Notes under the pieces: generated by a model
What the model saw: only the letters and a program-made list of their open reading frames with translations
Databases searched by the model: none
What the model was told of the DNA's origin: nothing
Made by a program: the position numbers and the translations under genes
Source of the DNA: an uncultured Acidobacteriota bacterium
GTDB lineage: Bacteria; Acidobacteriota; UBA6911
Assembly (NCBI GenBank): GCA_963843575.1
Contig: CAWJKZ010000017.1
Location: forward strand, 128,001 to 192,000
Reading direction: 5' to 3'
Length of the DNA stretch: 64,000 nt
Shown here: positions 48,601 through 57,147 of the stretch, one piece after another
Layout of the letters: every line of letters begins with the position of its first letter
Position numbering within the stretch: the stretch's first letter is position 1

Positions 48601-49333
48601 CGGTCACCAGTACCAGAAAGAAGAAGGTGGGCCCTGGCCCGACCAGATGCCACAGGGCGTTTGCGGCAAAAAACGTCGAAAACAGGATGGCCACCCCGGC
48701 CGCATCCAGCGCGTTGGCCGTGACGCGGTACTTGCCGGCCGCTTTCAGCTCGCACAGCACCAGGAGCGTGATCCCCACCAGGATCCCGATCGTCATCCTG
48801 ACCGGTGCGCTCAACCAACCCCGGTCGATCGAATAGCGCAGGAAAAAGACCGCGGCAAGCGTCAGCGCGATTCCGGCAATCCAGGAGAAAAGCTTCACCC
48901 CAACGAGCCCCTCCCAGTCAAAGCCGGGCCGCGGCTTTGCCGGGGGCGGAGGGACCGGTGGGGCCGGAGGAACTCGTGGCGGCGGAGGGACTGCGACCTT
49001 GGAAACAGGAGGCGGCTGCCGCGACTCTATGACCGGGGCAGGGGGCGGAATGGCGACCGGCGCGGGGGGACGCATCACTGCCGGCTGCGGGATGCCGGCG
49101 GGCTCATGAACAGGTTTTGCCGGTGCAGGCTGCGGCCTGGCCTTTTCCTCCGGGGGTGCGGCCGGCGCCGGAGCAGTCTTCAGCGAATGCTCGAGTTCCT
49201 GGAGCCGATTCCACAGGGTATGCACGAGCCGTTCAACTTCCTGGAGCCGATGGCGAGTGGAAAGCATCAGGATGAAGCTCACCGTCGGGAGCCCCACGAT
49301 CATGAACAAAACAAGTAAGATCAGAGCCTCCAC
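45688..49333 (-). CDS. DUF2339-family large membrane protein, apparent 1-nt insertion near 45917
   Basis: Pro-rich linker, WEGLVGVKLFSWIAG, GGFATPALLSTG and WITIGWALEG. C-terminus KCFLHDL..LGGLYRVGSF lies in the shifted frame. GTG 49333 with GGAGG; span is 3n+1. Confidence 0.85.
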
Positions 49334-49621
49334 GCTCACCTCCGGGGGACGGACCTGAGCAAGCATAGATAGAGCAATGGCTTGCGGCGAGAACGATACC
49401 AAGAATAGGCCTTATTTGCGTTTTTCGTGCCGTTTTTTTCGAATTAAGCCAGAGTTCGAGACGACAGTTCGTGCAGAATGTCTTTATCGCCAGTTACCGG
49501 GCAACAACAACGCCCATCGGCGCAGAAGCTGGAAATGGAAATTGCAGCACCGCGGGGACCAGGCCGAGCCCGGCGAGCGGAGGCTCGATGGTGATGCGAT
49601 TGCCCGCCGAAGAGGTCGGTC

Positions 49622-50455
49622 ATGCGAATAAGTGCGAGCTGGGTGATCGGGATATTGCCATGGGTGTTTTTGCAGCACGGGATCGCGCAGGACTCACCGT
49701 CCGCGCAGGACGCCTATGCCTCGGAACGTTACCACCTCGTGTGGTCTGATGAATTCGACGTGGATGGGCGTCCCAACCCCGCGCTCTGGACTTATGAGCA
49801 GGGGTTCGTCCGTAACAGGGAGCTGCAGTTCTATCGTCCCGAGAACGCCCGGTGCAGGAACGGACTGCTGATCATCGAGGCAACACGCGAGGCAGAGCGT
49901 GATCCGAAGCACGCGAAAGCGGATTACACTTCCGCGAGCGTTACGACCAAGGGACTGCACAGTTGGCTCCGCGGGCGCTTTGTGATGCGCGGGCGGATCG
50001 ACACACGTCCGGGTCTCTGGCCCGCCTTCTGGACCCTGGGCGTTTCCGGCCGGTGGCCCGCCAATGGCGAGATCGACATCATGGAGTACTACCAGGGAAC
50101 CCTGCTGGCAAACGCCGCCTGGTCCGCCGGCGACGCCAGGGGACCCGAGTGGGACGATACAAAGAAGCCCCTATCGGAGTTCCAGGTTCCCGACTGGGCT
50201 GCGAAGTTCCACGTCTGGCGGATGGACTGGGACAACGAGAGTATCAAGCTCTACGTCGACGACGAACTCCTGAATGAAGTGGACCTTTCGAAGACGACTA
50301 ACAAAGATACGAAGGGGGAAAACCCGTTCCGTCAGCCTCACTACATCATTCTCAATCTTGCCGTCGGTGGCACCTCGGGCGGCGACCCGTCCGCCACACA
50401 ATTCCCCGCCCTCTTTGAAATCGACTACGTCAGGATTTATCAGAAGGAAAACTGA
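49622..50455 (+). CDS. GH16 glycoside hydrolase (laminarinase-like)
   Basis: LVWSDEF, GLWPAFW, WPANGEIDIMEY catalytic motif and IDYVRIYQ. Confidence 0.93.
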   Translation: MRISASWVIGILPWVFLQHGIAQDSPSAQDAYASERYHLVWSDEFDVDGRPNPALWTYEQGFVRNRELQFYRPENARCRNGLLIIEATREAERDPKHAKADYTSASVTTKGLHSWLRGRFVMRGRIDTRPGLWPAFWTLGVSGRWPANGEIDIMEYYQGTLLANAAWSAGDARGPEWDDTKKPLSEFQVPDWAAKFHVWRMDWDNESIKLYVDDELLNEVDLSKTTNKDTKGENPFRQPHYIILNLAVGGTSGGDPSATQFPALFEIDYVRIYQKEN

Positions 50456-50559
50456 AACCCAGGGGGTCTTTCTCAGGATTCAAATGGGCGCACGGCAAGA
50501 GCCTTGGGGGCCGGCACTCCTCCGCCCCGGCGCTGGCCTGCAGAATCTCCGCGGGTGGA

Positions 50560-52051
50560 TTACTCCCGGGAGGCGGTCCAGAGCAGCGCGTTGTGAACGA
50601 GCCGCCGGTAGCCGGGGTGGCGGATGGTGCTTTCGTTGTGTCCCATCTGGATGTAGACGACGCGCGCCTTTTCGGAGGGTCCCACGTAGACGACCGCGCG
50701 GTCGTTCTCGGGGCTGTCTGTCTCCATCAGGACCGTCGCCTTCGGCGACAGCCACATCCCGCGGTACGCCTCGTCCTCGAGCACGAGCGGGGCGACGCCG
50801 CGGACGACGGGGTGACCCGAACCGGTCGGGGCGCGTCGCACGACCATTTTGACGTCGTCCTTGTACTGCGATTTAGGGTGATCGCCGAGCGCCTCCTCGA
50901 AGTACTTCCCGCCGACGACCTGCTCGTGCCACCAGGGCCACGAGGTGTAATCCACGATGGCGTGGTGAGTCGACACGACTCCGCCGCCGGCCTCCACGTA
51001 CGCCTGCAGGTTCGCCCGCTCCTTCTCGCCGATGCTGTCGTACATGTCGTGGAGGACCACGACGTCGTATCGCTCCCGCATCCGCGGCGTGAACGCCTCG
51101 GCCTGCGAGCCGGCGTGGGTCCAGCGCACGTCGTCATACCCATCGAAGAGGCTGAAAAACGAGGTGGGGAACGCGTGTCCGCCGGTCACGACCAGCACGC
51201 GCACGGCGTCGCCGCGCGGGGCCGGCAGCGAGTCGAGCGCGACCGGAAGGTTAACCTCGCCACCCGTGGCCGCCCACTCGACCGACCGGCAAAACGCGGT
51301 CACGAAACCGGGCAGATACATCGACGCGATGTCGTGGCCCATGGTCGTGTGAACCACCCGGCCCTTACCGAAGGACACGGTCCACAGTACGGGCTCGTCC
51401 TTGCCGGTCCCGCCGGTTTTGGCTTCGCTGAATCCGCTGAGCAAGACGTGCGCGCCGGGCTTCAGGTCCATCTTGTGGTACAGCTCGTCGTCCGCGACGA
51501 ACGACTCCGCGACGCCGCGGCTGATCGGGTGCTCGCGGTCGACCCAGCGTGCGGTGTAGGGGCCCCGGATGCCGTGGCCTATGTTCTCGGGCTTCCAGCT
51601 GCACCCGAGCATGTCGGGGTAGGCCGCCCACCCGGGGTCGTTCGCGGCGGGCACCCATCGGGTCCGGTTGTACTCCATGCCGAAGAATCGGCCGTAGCTC
51701 ACCGAGTGCAGCGCCACCATGCCCTTGCCGCCGCGCAGGTACTCCTCCACGGCGTTCTCGGTCGCTGCTCCCCAGCGGGGCCCGTTGTAGTTGAGCACCA
51801 GCACGTCGTACCCGGCCAGGGTCGCCGCCGTGATCCCGCGCACCTCCTCGGCCACCTTGACGTCGAACCTCCCCGTCTTGTCGAGCATGCGGCGCAGCAC
51901 CGGGGTCGTCGCGCGCCAGTCGTGGTTGGGGAAGTCGCTCTCACCCGTGAGGATGAGCACCCGGATCCTGGGAGGTTGCGCCGCCAGGCTCGGCGCCGCA
52001 ATCACCAGAAGAAACACCACGGCCACACGCAAAACGCATCAGGTTTCTCAT
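50560..52051 (-). CDS. Tandem ThuA-domain exported protein, apparent 1-nt insertion at 52031-52034
   Basis: Two ThuA domains (HDW, DELY, GRVVHTTMGH; GGHAF, DEAY, VYIQMGH). ATG 52051 has a GGAG RBS and overlaps the upstream TGA. Removing one T from TTTT gives MRNLMRLRVAVVFLL. The alternative start is TTG 52032. Confidence 0.85.
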
Positions 52052-52966
52052 GCCGGCTCCCTTCGAATGGAATTGTGATCCGTCGAGGCGATCCCCGACT
52101 TGGCGGCCGCCTCGGAGTCCGCGACGGCCTGCCGTACCCAGGCGAGGCTGCGTTCGATCAGCGGGCCGCCCTGGCCTTCGCACTCGATGCTCGCGATGCC
52201 GTCGTATCCGGAGCGGACGAGCAGGTCGAGGCAACCGCGGATGTTGGCCGCGTTCACGCCGTCGCCCACGGCGCAGTGACTCACCGCGATGCCGGTCAGT
52301 TCGCCCCGGGCGCTCGCGGCGAGGCTCGGACTCACGTCCTTGACGTGCAGGTGGTCGATCTTGTCGCAGAATCTCGCCGGCAAACGCGACCGGATCCTGC
52401 CCCGCGATGAAAGTGTTGCCCGTGTCGAAGTTCATTCGCAGCCGCGGCGAGTCGGCGAAGGAAAGCATTTCGGCCATGAACTCCGGCTTCGTCGTGTAGT
52501 ACCCGTGAGGTTCCACGTTGATCGTGATCGCGTAGGCTTCGGCCACGGGAAGGATCTGCCGGTAGATGCGCCGCATGTGCTCCAGTGCTTCGCGGTCCGT
52601 CATCCCCTCCGGCCGGTTCCGGTCGTCGGTGGTGTCGATGCGCGGGCAGCCGGCGAGCTTCGCCCAGCGGATCGCGTGCAGCACGTACTCGACCCCAAGG
52701 GTCGCCCCCTGGGGCGACGACAGCGGGAAAGCGGCGTCGAGCTGCGAGAAGGCCACGCCGCAGCCGTCCATTTTCTTGCGCAGCAGCACCGGATCTTCCC
52801 ACAACGCGACGTGCGGCTGGTATCCCAGGCCGTGGATCCAGCTCACGCCGTCAATGGCGCCGCACTCGATAAAATGGACGTCATTGCGCCTGGCCCAATC
52901 GAGACACTGGGAGAAGCTCCAGTAGGAGCTGTTGAACGCGTCGGTGTGAAATCCAATCTGGAGCAT
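52048..52966 (-). CDS. Sugar phosphate isomerase/epimerase (AP_endonuc_2), apparent 1-nt insertion near 52379
   Basis: NVEPHG and NFDTGN in the first frame; HLHVKD and SIECEG in the second; span is 919 nt (3n+1). Confidence 0.85.
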
Positions 52967-52993
52967 ACCCGTCCTCGCTTCCCGGACCGCCGC

Positions 52994-54307
52994 CTACACC
53001 AGCGCCGAAATGCCCGGGGTGAACACCGGGTAGTTGCCATCCGGGCCCGGCTTGACGGGGGGCTCCATGTCAATCCGGCACTCTTCAGGCCTCGGCGGAA
53101 AACAGAAATCAGACGCGGAGACCTGGTCCCACGTGACCTCCTTGCCCGTGTAGCAGCTGATCTGGCCCATGATCCCGATCAGGGTGCTGCGCGCCATGTA
53201 GTCGCCGTTGTTGATCGGCGTGGCGGCGCGGATCGAACGGTAGAGCTCGGCGTGCTCCAGGACGTACGGGTCGTCTCTGCTCCCCTCATAGGTCCAGCTG
53301 GTTTCACCTTCAATTTGCAGCCGGAGTATGTTGCAGCGCCCCTTCGTCCCGAGCAGGATGCTGGAAGTCTCGTTGTAGCAGGACGGGATGGTGCGACAGA
53401 ACGCGTACAGGCGCACGCCGGTTGCGAACTGGTAGACGACGGAGTGATGGTCGAAAACGCTGCCGTAGATTTCGCCTTTGAGCGTGGAGCGCCCGCCCAG
53501 GCCGTGCGCCTTGACGGGGGCCTGCTCGTTCAGCGCCCAGCTGGCGCGGTCGAGGTTGTGGACCAGCGACTGGGGCACGTCGTCGCCGCTCAGCCAGTGA
53601 AAATGGTACTGGTTGCTCGCCTGGTATTGGACCTCGTTGATCCCGGGGACGCGCGGGTAAAGCACGTAGGGGGCGCGCAGGAAGTTCTCCTCGATGGCCA
53701 CGATCTCGCCGATGGCGCCGTCGTGAATGCGGCGAATCGTTTCGCGGTATCCCGGGTGGTAGCGGCTCTGCAACCCGGATACCACCGAGAGGTTCTTTTT
53801 CCGCGCCAGCGCGCAGGCCTCCCGGACGACCTTGATGCCGGCGGGATCGATGGCGTGGGGCTTTTCGACGAAGACGTGCTTGCCCGCTTCGACCGCGGCC
53901 TTCAGGTGGAGCGGGTGAAACTTGGCGGCGTTGGCGATCAGGACGACATCGCAGCTCTCGATCACTCCCTTGTAGCCGTCGAAACCGGCGAAGCAGTGGT
54001 TGTCGTCGACGAGCACCTGGCCGGGCTTGCGTTCCTTGAGCCGGCTGCGCTTCTGCTGCAACCGGTCCATCAGCATGTCGGCCATCGCGACGAGCCGCAC
54101 CTCGCCGTCCGCGGCTATCGCATTCAACACGGCCTCGAAGCCGCGTCCCCCGCAGCCGATCAGGCCGATTCGAATCGTGTCGCTCCCAGCCGCGTACCCG
54201 GGCCGGGGCGCCCTCCCGCCCCCGAACTGCGCGGCGGCGACGGCGGCTGTCGAGCTCTTCAGAAACTCACGGCGGGAAGTCCTGCGATCGGTGTCGTTAT
54301 CGCTCAT
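52994..54307 (-). CDS. Tat-exported Gfo/Idh/MocA oxidoreductase
   Basis: SRREFLK, IGLIGCGGRG, HVFVEKP and HNLD. Confidence 0.93.
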   Translation of the reverse strand: MSDNDTDRRTSRREFLKSSTAAVAAAQFGGGRAPRPGYAAGSDTIRIGLIGCGGRGFEAVLNAIAADGEVRLVAMADMLMDRLQQKRSRLKERKPGQVLVDDNHCFAGFDGYKGVIESCDVVLIANAAKFHPLHLKAAVEAGKHVFVEKPHAIDPAGIKVVREACALARKKNLSVVSGLQSRYHPGYRETIRRIHDGAIGEIVAIEENFLRAPYVLYPRVPGINEVQYQASNQYHFHWLSGDDVPQSLVHNLDRASWALNEQAPVKAHGLGGRSTLKGEIYGSVFDHHSVVYQFATGVRLYAFCRTIPSCYNETSSILLGTKGRCNILRLQIEGETSWTYEGSRDDPYVLEHAELYRSIRAATPINNGDYMARSTLIGIMGQISCYTGKEVTWDQVSASDFCFPPRPEECRIDMEPPVKPGPDGNYPVFTPGISALV

Positions 54308-54476
54308 GGCGGGAATCTCCAGCTTGGCGTACGCCGGGCTTGGCGGTTGTTCGACTCTTCGAGGCAAGTCCCAAGGGGCTCGAAGAATCTCAAGGCAAGC
54401 GTAGTATAAGCCGAAACCGGTGAAACAGGTGCCGATGCCTTGTGTGCGGGCAGGAAGCGCCACGGGCGTTTTCCGC

Positions 54477-54505
54477 TTGATCTCCCGGGCGAACGCGCGT
54501 ACAAA
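54477..54505 (+). promoter_or_regulatory. Putative sigma-70 promoter for the small ORF at 54531
   Basis: TTGATC-17 nt-TACAAA. Confidence 0.35.
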
Positions 54506-54530
54506 GTTCGGTTCGCTTCGGAGGCCTCCA

Positions 54531-54734
54531 GTGATCAGCGGTCCGCAGCGCCTGAAATCGGTCGGGCTGCACTACAAGCCCAGGTGGGTAGCCATGAAGC
54601 AGAAGACCGTCCGGCAAGTCGTCACGCTGCACAAGCGCCGGGTGCGGCACGCCGCCAGGGAGTTCCTCCGGTCGGGCAGCCGCGGGGCCTGGAACCGGAT
54701 GCACTCCATGATCACAAACTGGGACTTCGACTGA
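54531..54734 (+). CDS. 67-aa basic hypothetical protein
   Basis: GGAGG then GTG; MISGPQRLKSVGLHYKPRWVAMKQKTVRQVVTLHKRRVRHAAREFLRSGSRGAWNRMHSMITNWDFD; GC-rich third codon positions; fills an intergenic gap. Confidence 0.6.
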   Translation: MISGPQRLKSVGLHYKPRWVAMKQKTVRQVVTLHKRRVRHAAREFLRSGSRGAWNRMHSMITNWDFD

Positions 54735-54765
54735 CGCCAGCTTCCGGCTTCCGGTTGTTCTGCTT

Positions 54766-56829
54766 CTACCGGGCGAAGGCGCAGCCGCCCCGATCGGGGG
54801 ACTTGAGCGCGAGAGCGCCGGTTGGGCAGACTTCGGCGGCGCGGCGGGCGGCCACCGGGATCCCTTCGGCGAGGGAGCCGCGCAGGGGTACCGCGACGGT
54901 GGCTTCGAAGCCGCGCCCGACGATGGAAAGTCCGAGCATTTCGCCGGCCTGGGCGGCTGCCGTCACGCAGGCCCCGCAGAGGATGCACTTCCCCGGCTCG
55001 TAAACGACCTCGGGGTGCGACAGGTCGCGCTGAAACCGCCGGCGGGCGCCCGCGAAGCGGAGCGGATCGGCTCCGTATTCCGTCGCCCACTGGCGCAGCT
55101 GGCAGGTGGTCGCCTTCCAGCAGCCGCAACCGATGCAGCGGCCGGATTCGCGGCGCACGTCGTCTTCCCCCAAGCCGAGCTCAACCTCGTCGAAGGTGTT
55201 CACCCTTTGCCCGATCGGGATCTCGGGCATTGCGGCGCGCGGGGCGGACTCGATGGCACGGAACAGCTCGGCCAGCTCCGACTCGTCGAGCTTGCCCATG
55301 AGGACGTTCAGCATCTCGGGATCTCCCTGGACCCGCCGCCCTCCCAGATACTGGTCGATCGAAACGGCGGCGAGCTTCCCCGCCGCTACCGCCCGTACGG
55401 CGAGGTCGGCGCCGGTCACACCGTCCCCGCCGGCAAAGACGCCGTCCAGGTTCGTGGCGAGCGTCTGCGGGTTCGCGGCGATGCCGCGTGTCGACAGGGC
55501 GAGCCCCGTCCCCGCCAGCGTTTCGACGGCGACGCTCTGACCGATGGCCGCGATGACGCAGGTCGCCCCGAGGGAGAATTCCGAGCCGGGCACCGGCACC
55601 GGGCGCGCCCGGCCGCTTTCGTCCGGGGCGCCCAGTTCCATCCGAAGGCATGTCAGCCGCAGCTTTCCGCCCGAGCGCTCGAGCCGGGCCGGCGCGACCA
55701 GCGTTTCCAGCCGGACGCCCTCGGCTTCGGCCGCCTCGACCTCGGACATCAGACACGGCATCTCGCGGCGCGTCCGCCGGTAAGCGACGGTCACGGCGCG
55801 GGCCCCCAGCCTGACGGCGGTACGGGCCGCGTCCATCGCAGTGTTGCCTCCCCCGAGCACGAGCACGTCACTCCCCGGGTCCGGCCTTCTGCCTGCCGCG
55901 ACTTCGGCCAGGAAATCGACGGCCGCGGTCGCCAGCTCTTCGCCGGGGCAGTCCAGCCCCCGGGAAACCTGCGCGCCGACCGCGAGGAAGACGGCGTCGA
56001 AGTCGCGCCGCAGTCCGTCGAGAGCGAAATCCCGGCCCATGCGCGCCTGCATCCGGAACTCCCCGCCCAGCCGCCGGATGGCCTCGATCTCGGCGGCGAG
56101 CACCCCGCGCGGCAGCCGGAATTCGGGGATGCCCCAGCGCAGCATCCCGCCGGGCTCCGTGTGCGCATCGAACAGGGTCACCCCGTGGCCGCGCCGGAGC
56201 AGGTTGTAGGCGGCCGTCAGTCCGGCAGGGCCCGCGCCGACGACGGCGACCCGCTTGCCCGTCGACTGTTCCCGGCGCGGGATGTAGCGCGCGGGGGACG
56301 CCAGGTCGCGGTCCGCGCTGAAGCGGTGCACGCTCCCGACCGAGAGCGGCTCCCCCTGGTCGCAGCGCCTGCAGCGTTGCTCGCACAGGCGCGGGCAGAT
56401 GCGTCCCAGGGACGCGGGCAGAGCGAGGAAGTCAAAGACCACCTCGGCCGATCGTGCGAAGTCGCCGGAGGTGACCAGCGACATGAACCCGGGGATGTCC
56501 AGCCGGGCCGGGCAACCTGTACGGCATGGGCCGATGCAGTCGCCGACATGGTCCGACAGCAGCAACTCCAGCGACATCTTCCTGGAGGCGCGGACCTCGT
56601 CGGCATCGGTCCGGACCTTCATCCCCTCGGACACGGGCATCGCGCACGCGGGCGACAGCGTCGGGCGTCCCTCGACCTGGACGGCACAGAGGAAGCACGA
56701 CGCCGAGGGCGGAAATCCCTCGACGTGGCACAACGTGGGGACACGGATGCCGAGACCGCGCGCCGCCTGGAGGATGGTAGTCCCTTCCTCGACGCAAGTT
56801 TCCCGGTTGTCGATCGTCAGTCGGATCAT
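54766..56829 (-). CDS. HydA/NuoG-type Fe-S N-terminus with an inserted GltD-like FAD/NADP(H) domain (Bfu NfnA-like)
   Basis: [2Fe-2S] PTLCH/SCFLC/PAC; LLLSDHVGDC; GPCRTGCP, GRICPRLCEQRC; GAGPAG; GGGNTAMD, YRRTR; RCIGCGC..TCQL; KCILCGAC...CPTGAL. No H-cluster or Mo domain. Confidence 0.88.
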   Translation of the reverse strand: MIRLTIDNRETCVEEGTTILQAARGLGIRVPTLCHVEGFPPSASCFLCAVQVEGRPTLSPACAMPVSEGMKVRTDADEVRASRKMSLELLLSDHVGDCIGPCRTGCPARLDIPGFMSLVTSGDFARSAEVVFDFLALPASLGRICPRLCEQRCRRCDQGEPLSVGSVHRFSADRDLASPARYIPRREQSTGKRVAVVGAGPAGLTAAYNLLRRGHGVTLFDAHTEPGGMLRWGIPEFRLPRGVLAAEIEAIRRLGGEFRMQARMGRDFALDGLRRDFDAVFLAVGAQVSRGLDCPGEELATAAVDFLAEVAAGRRPDPGSDVLVLGGGNTAMDAARTAVRLGARAVTVAYRRTRREMPCLMSEVEAAEAEGVRLETLVAPARLERSGGKLRLTCLRMELGAPDESGRARPVPVPGSEFSLGATCVIAAIGQSVAVETLAGTGLALSTRGIAANPQTLATNLDGVFAGGDGVTGADLAVRAVAAGKLAAVSIDQYLGGRRVQGDPEMLNVLMGKLDESELAELFRAIESAPRAAMPEIPIGQRVNTFDEVELGLGEDDVRRESGRCIGCGCWKATTCQLRQWATEYGADPLRFAGARRRFQRDLSHPEVVYEPGKCILCGACVTAAAQAGEMLGLSIVGRGFEATVAVPLRGSLAEGIPVAARRAAEVCPTGALALKSPDRGGCAFAR

Positions 56830-56845
56830 GTTTGAAATAAATCGC

Positions 56846-56932
56846 GGTCCTTTGAGTCCCTTGAGCCTTCGAGGTAAGTGTTGCAGTCTACCTCCAAGGC
56901 TCGAAGGACTCGAAGAATCTCGAAGAGATCTC
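56846..56932. repeat. Long hairpin of about 9-nt periodic units
   Basis: GTCCTTTGAGTCCCTTGAGCCTTCGAGG pairs with CCTCCAAGGCTCGAAGGACTCGAAGAATC. Related single arms occur near 19628, 34920 and 54365. Confidence 0.7.
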
Positions 56933-56940
56933 CGATCTAA

Positions 56941-57147
56941 GTACTGGTGTTCACAAATACGCTAACAGATTCTTGGGGACGCGGATTCGCGCGGATCCCT
57001 ACCGATCGACCTTGCGACAGGACGCGGCCGATCCACGTGAATCCGTTGGATCCGCGGAATCTGCGTTCTGTTTTGGCTCTTATCTTTCATTGCCCGTGTT
57101 GTTCTGCGTCCCGAAAAATACGTCAGCGTACTTATGAGACTGCGTTC
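56941..57147. mobile_element. 207-bp MITE, copy 2
   Basis: Collinear with 4559-4765 and of identical length; TAA duplicated at 56938-56940 and 57148-57150. Confidence 0.85.
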
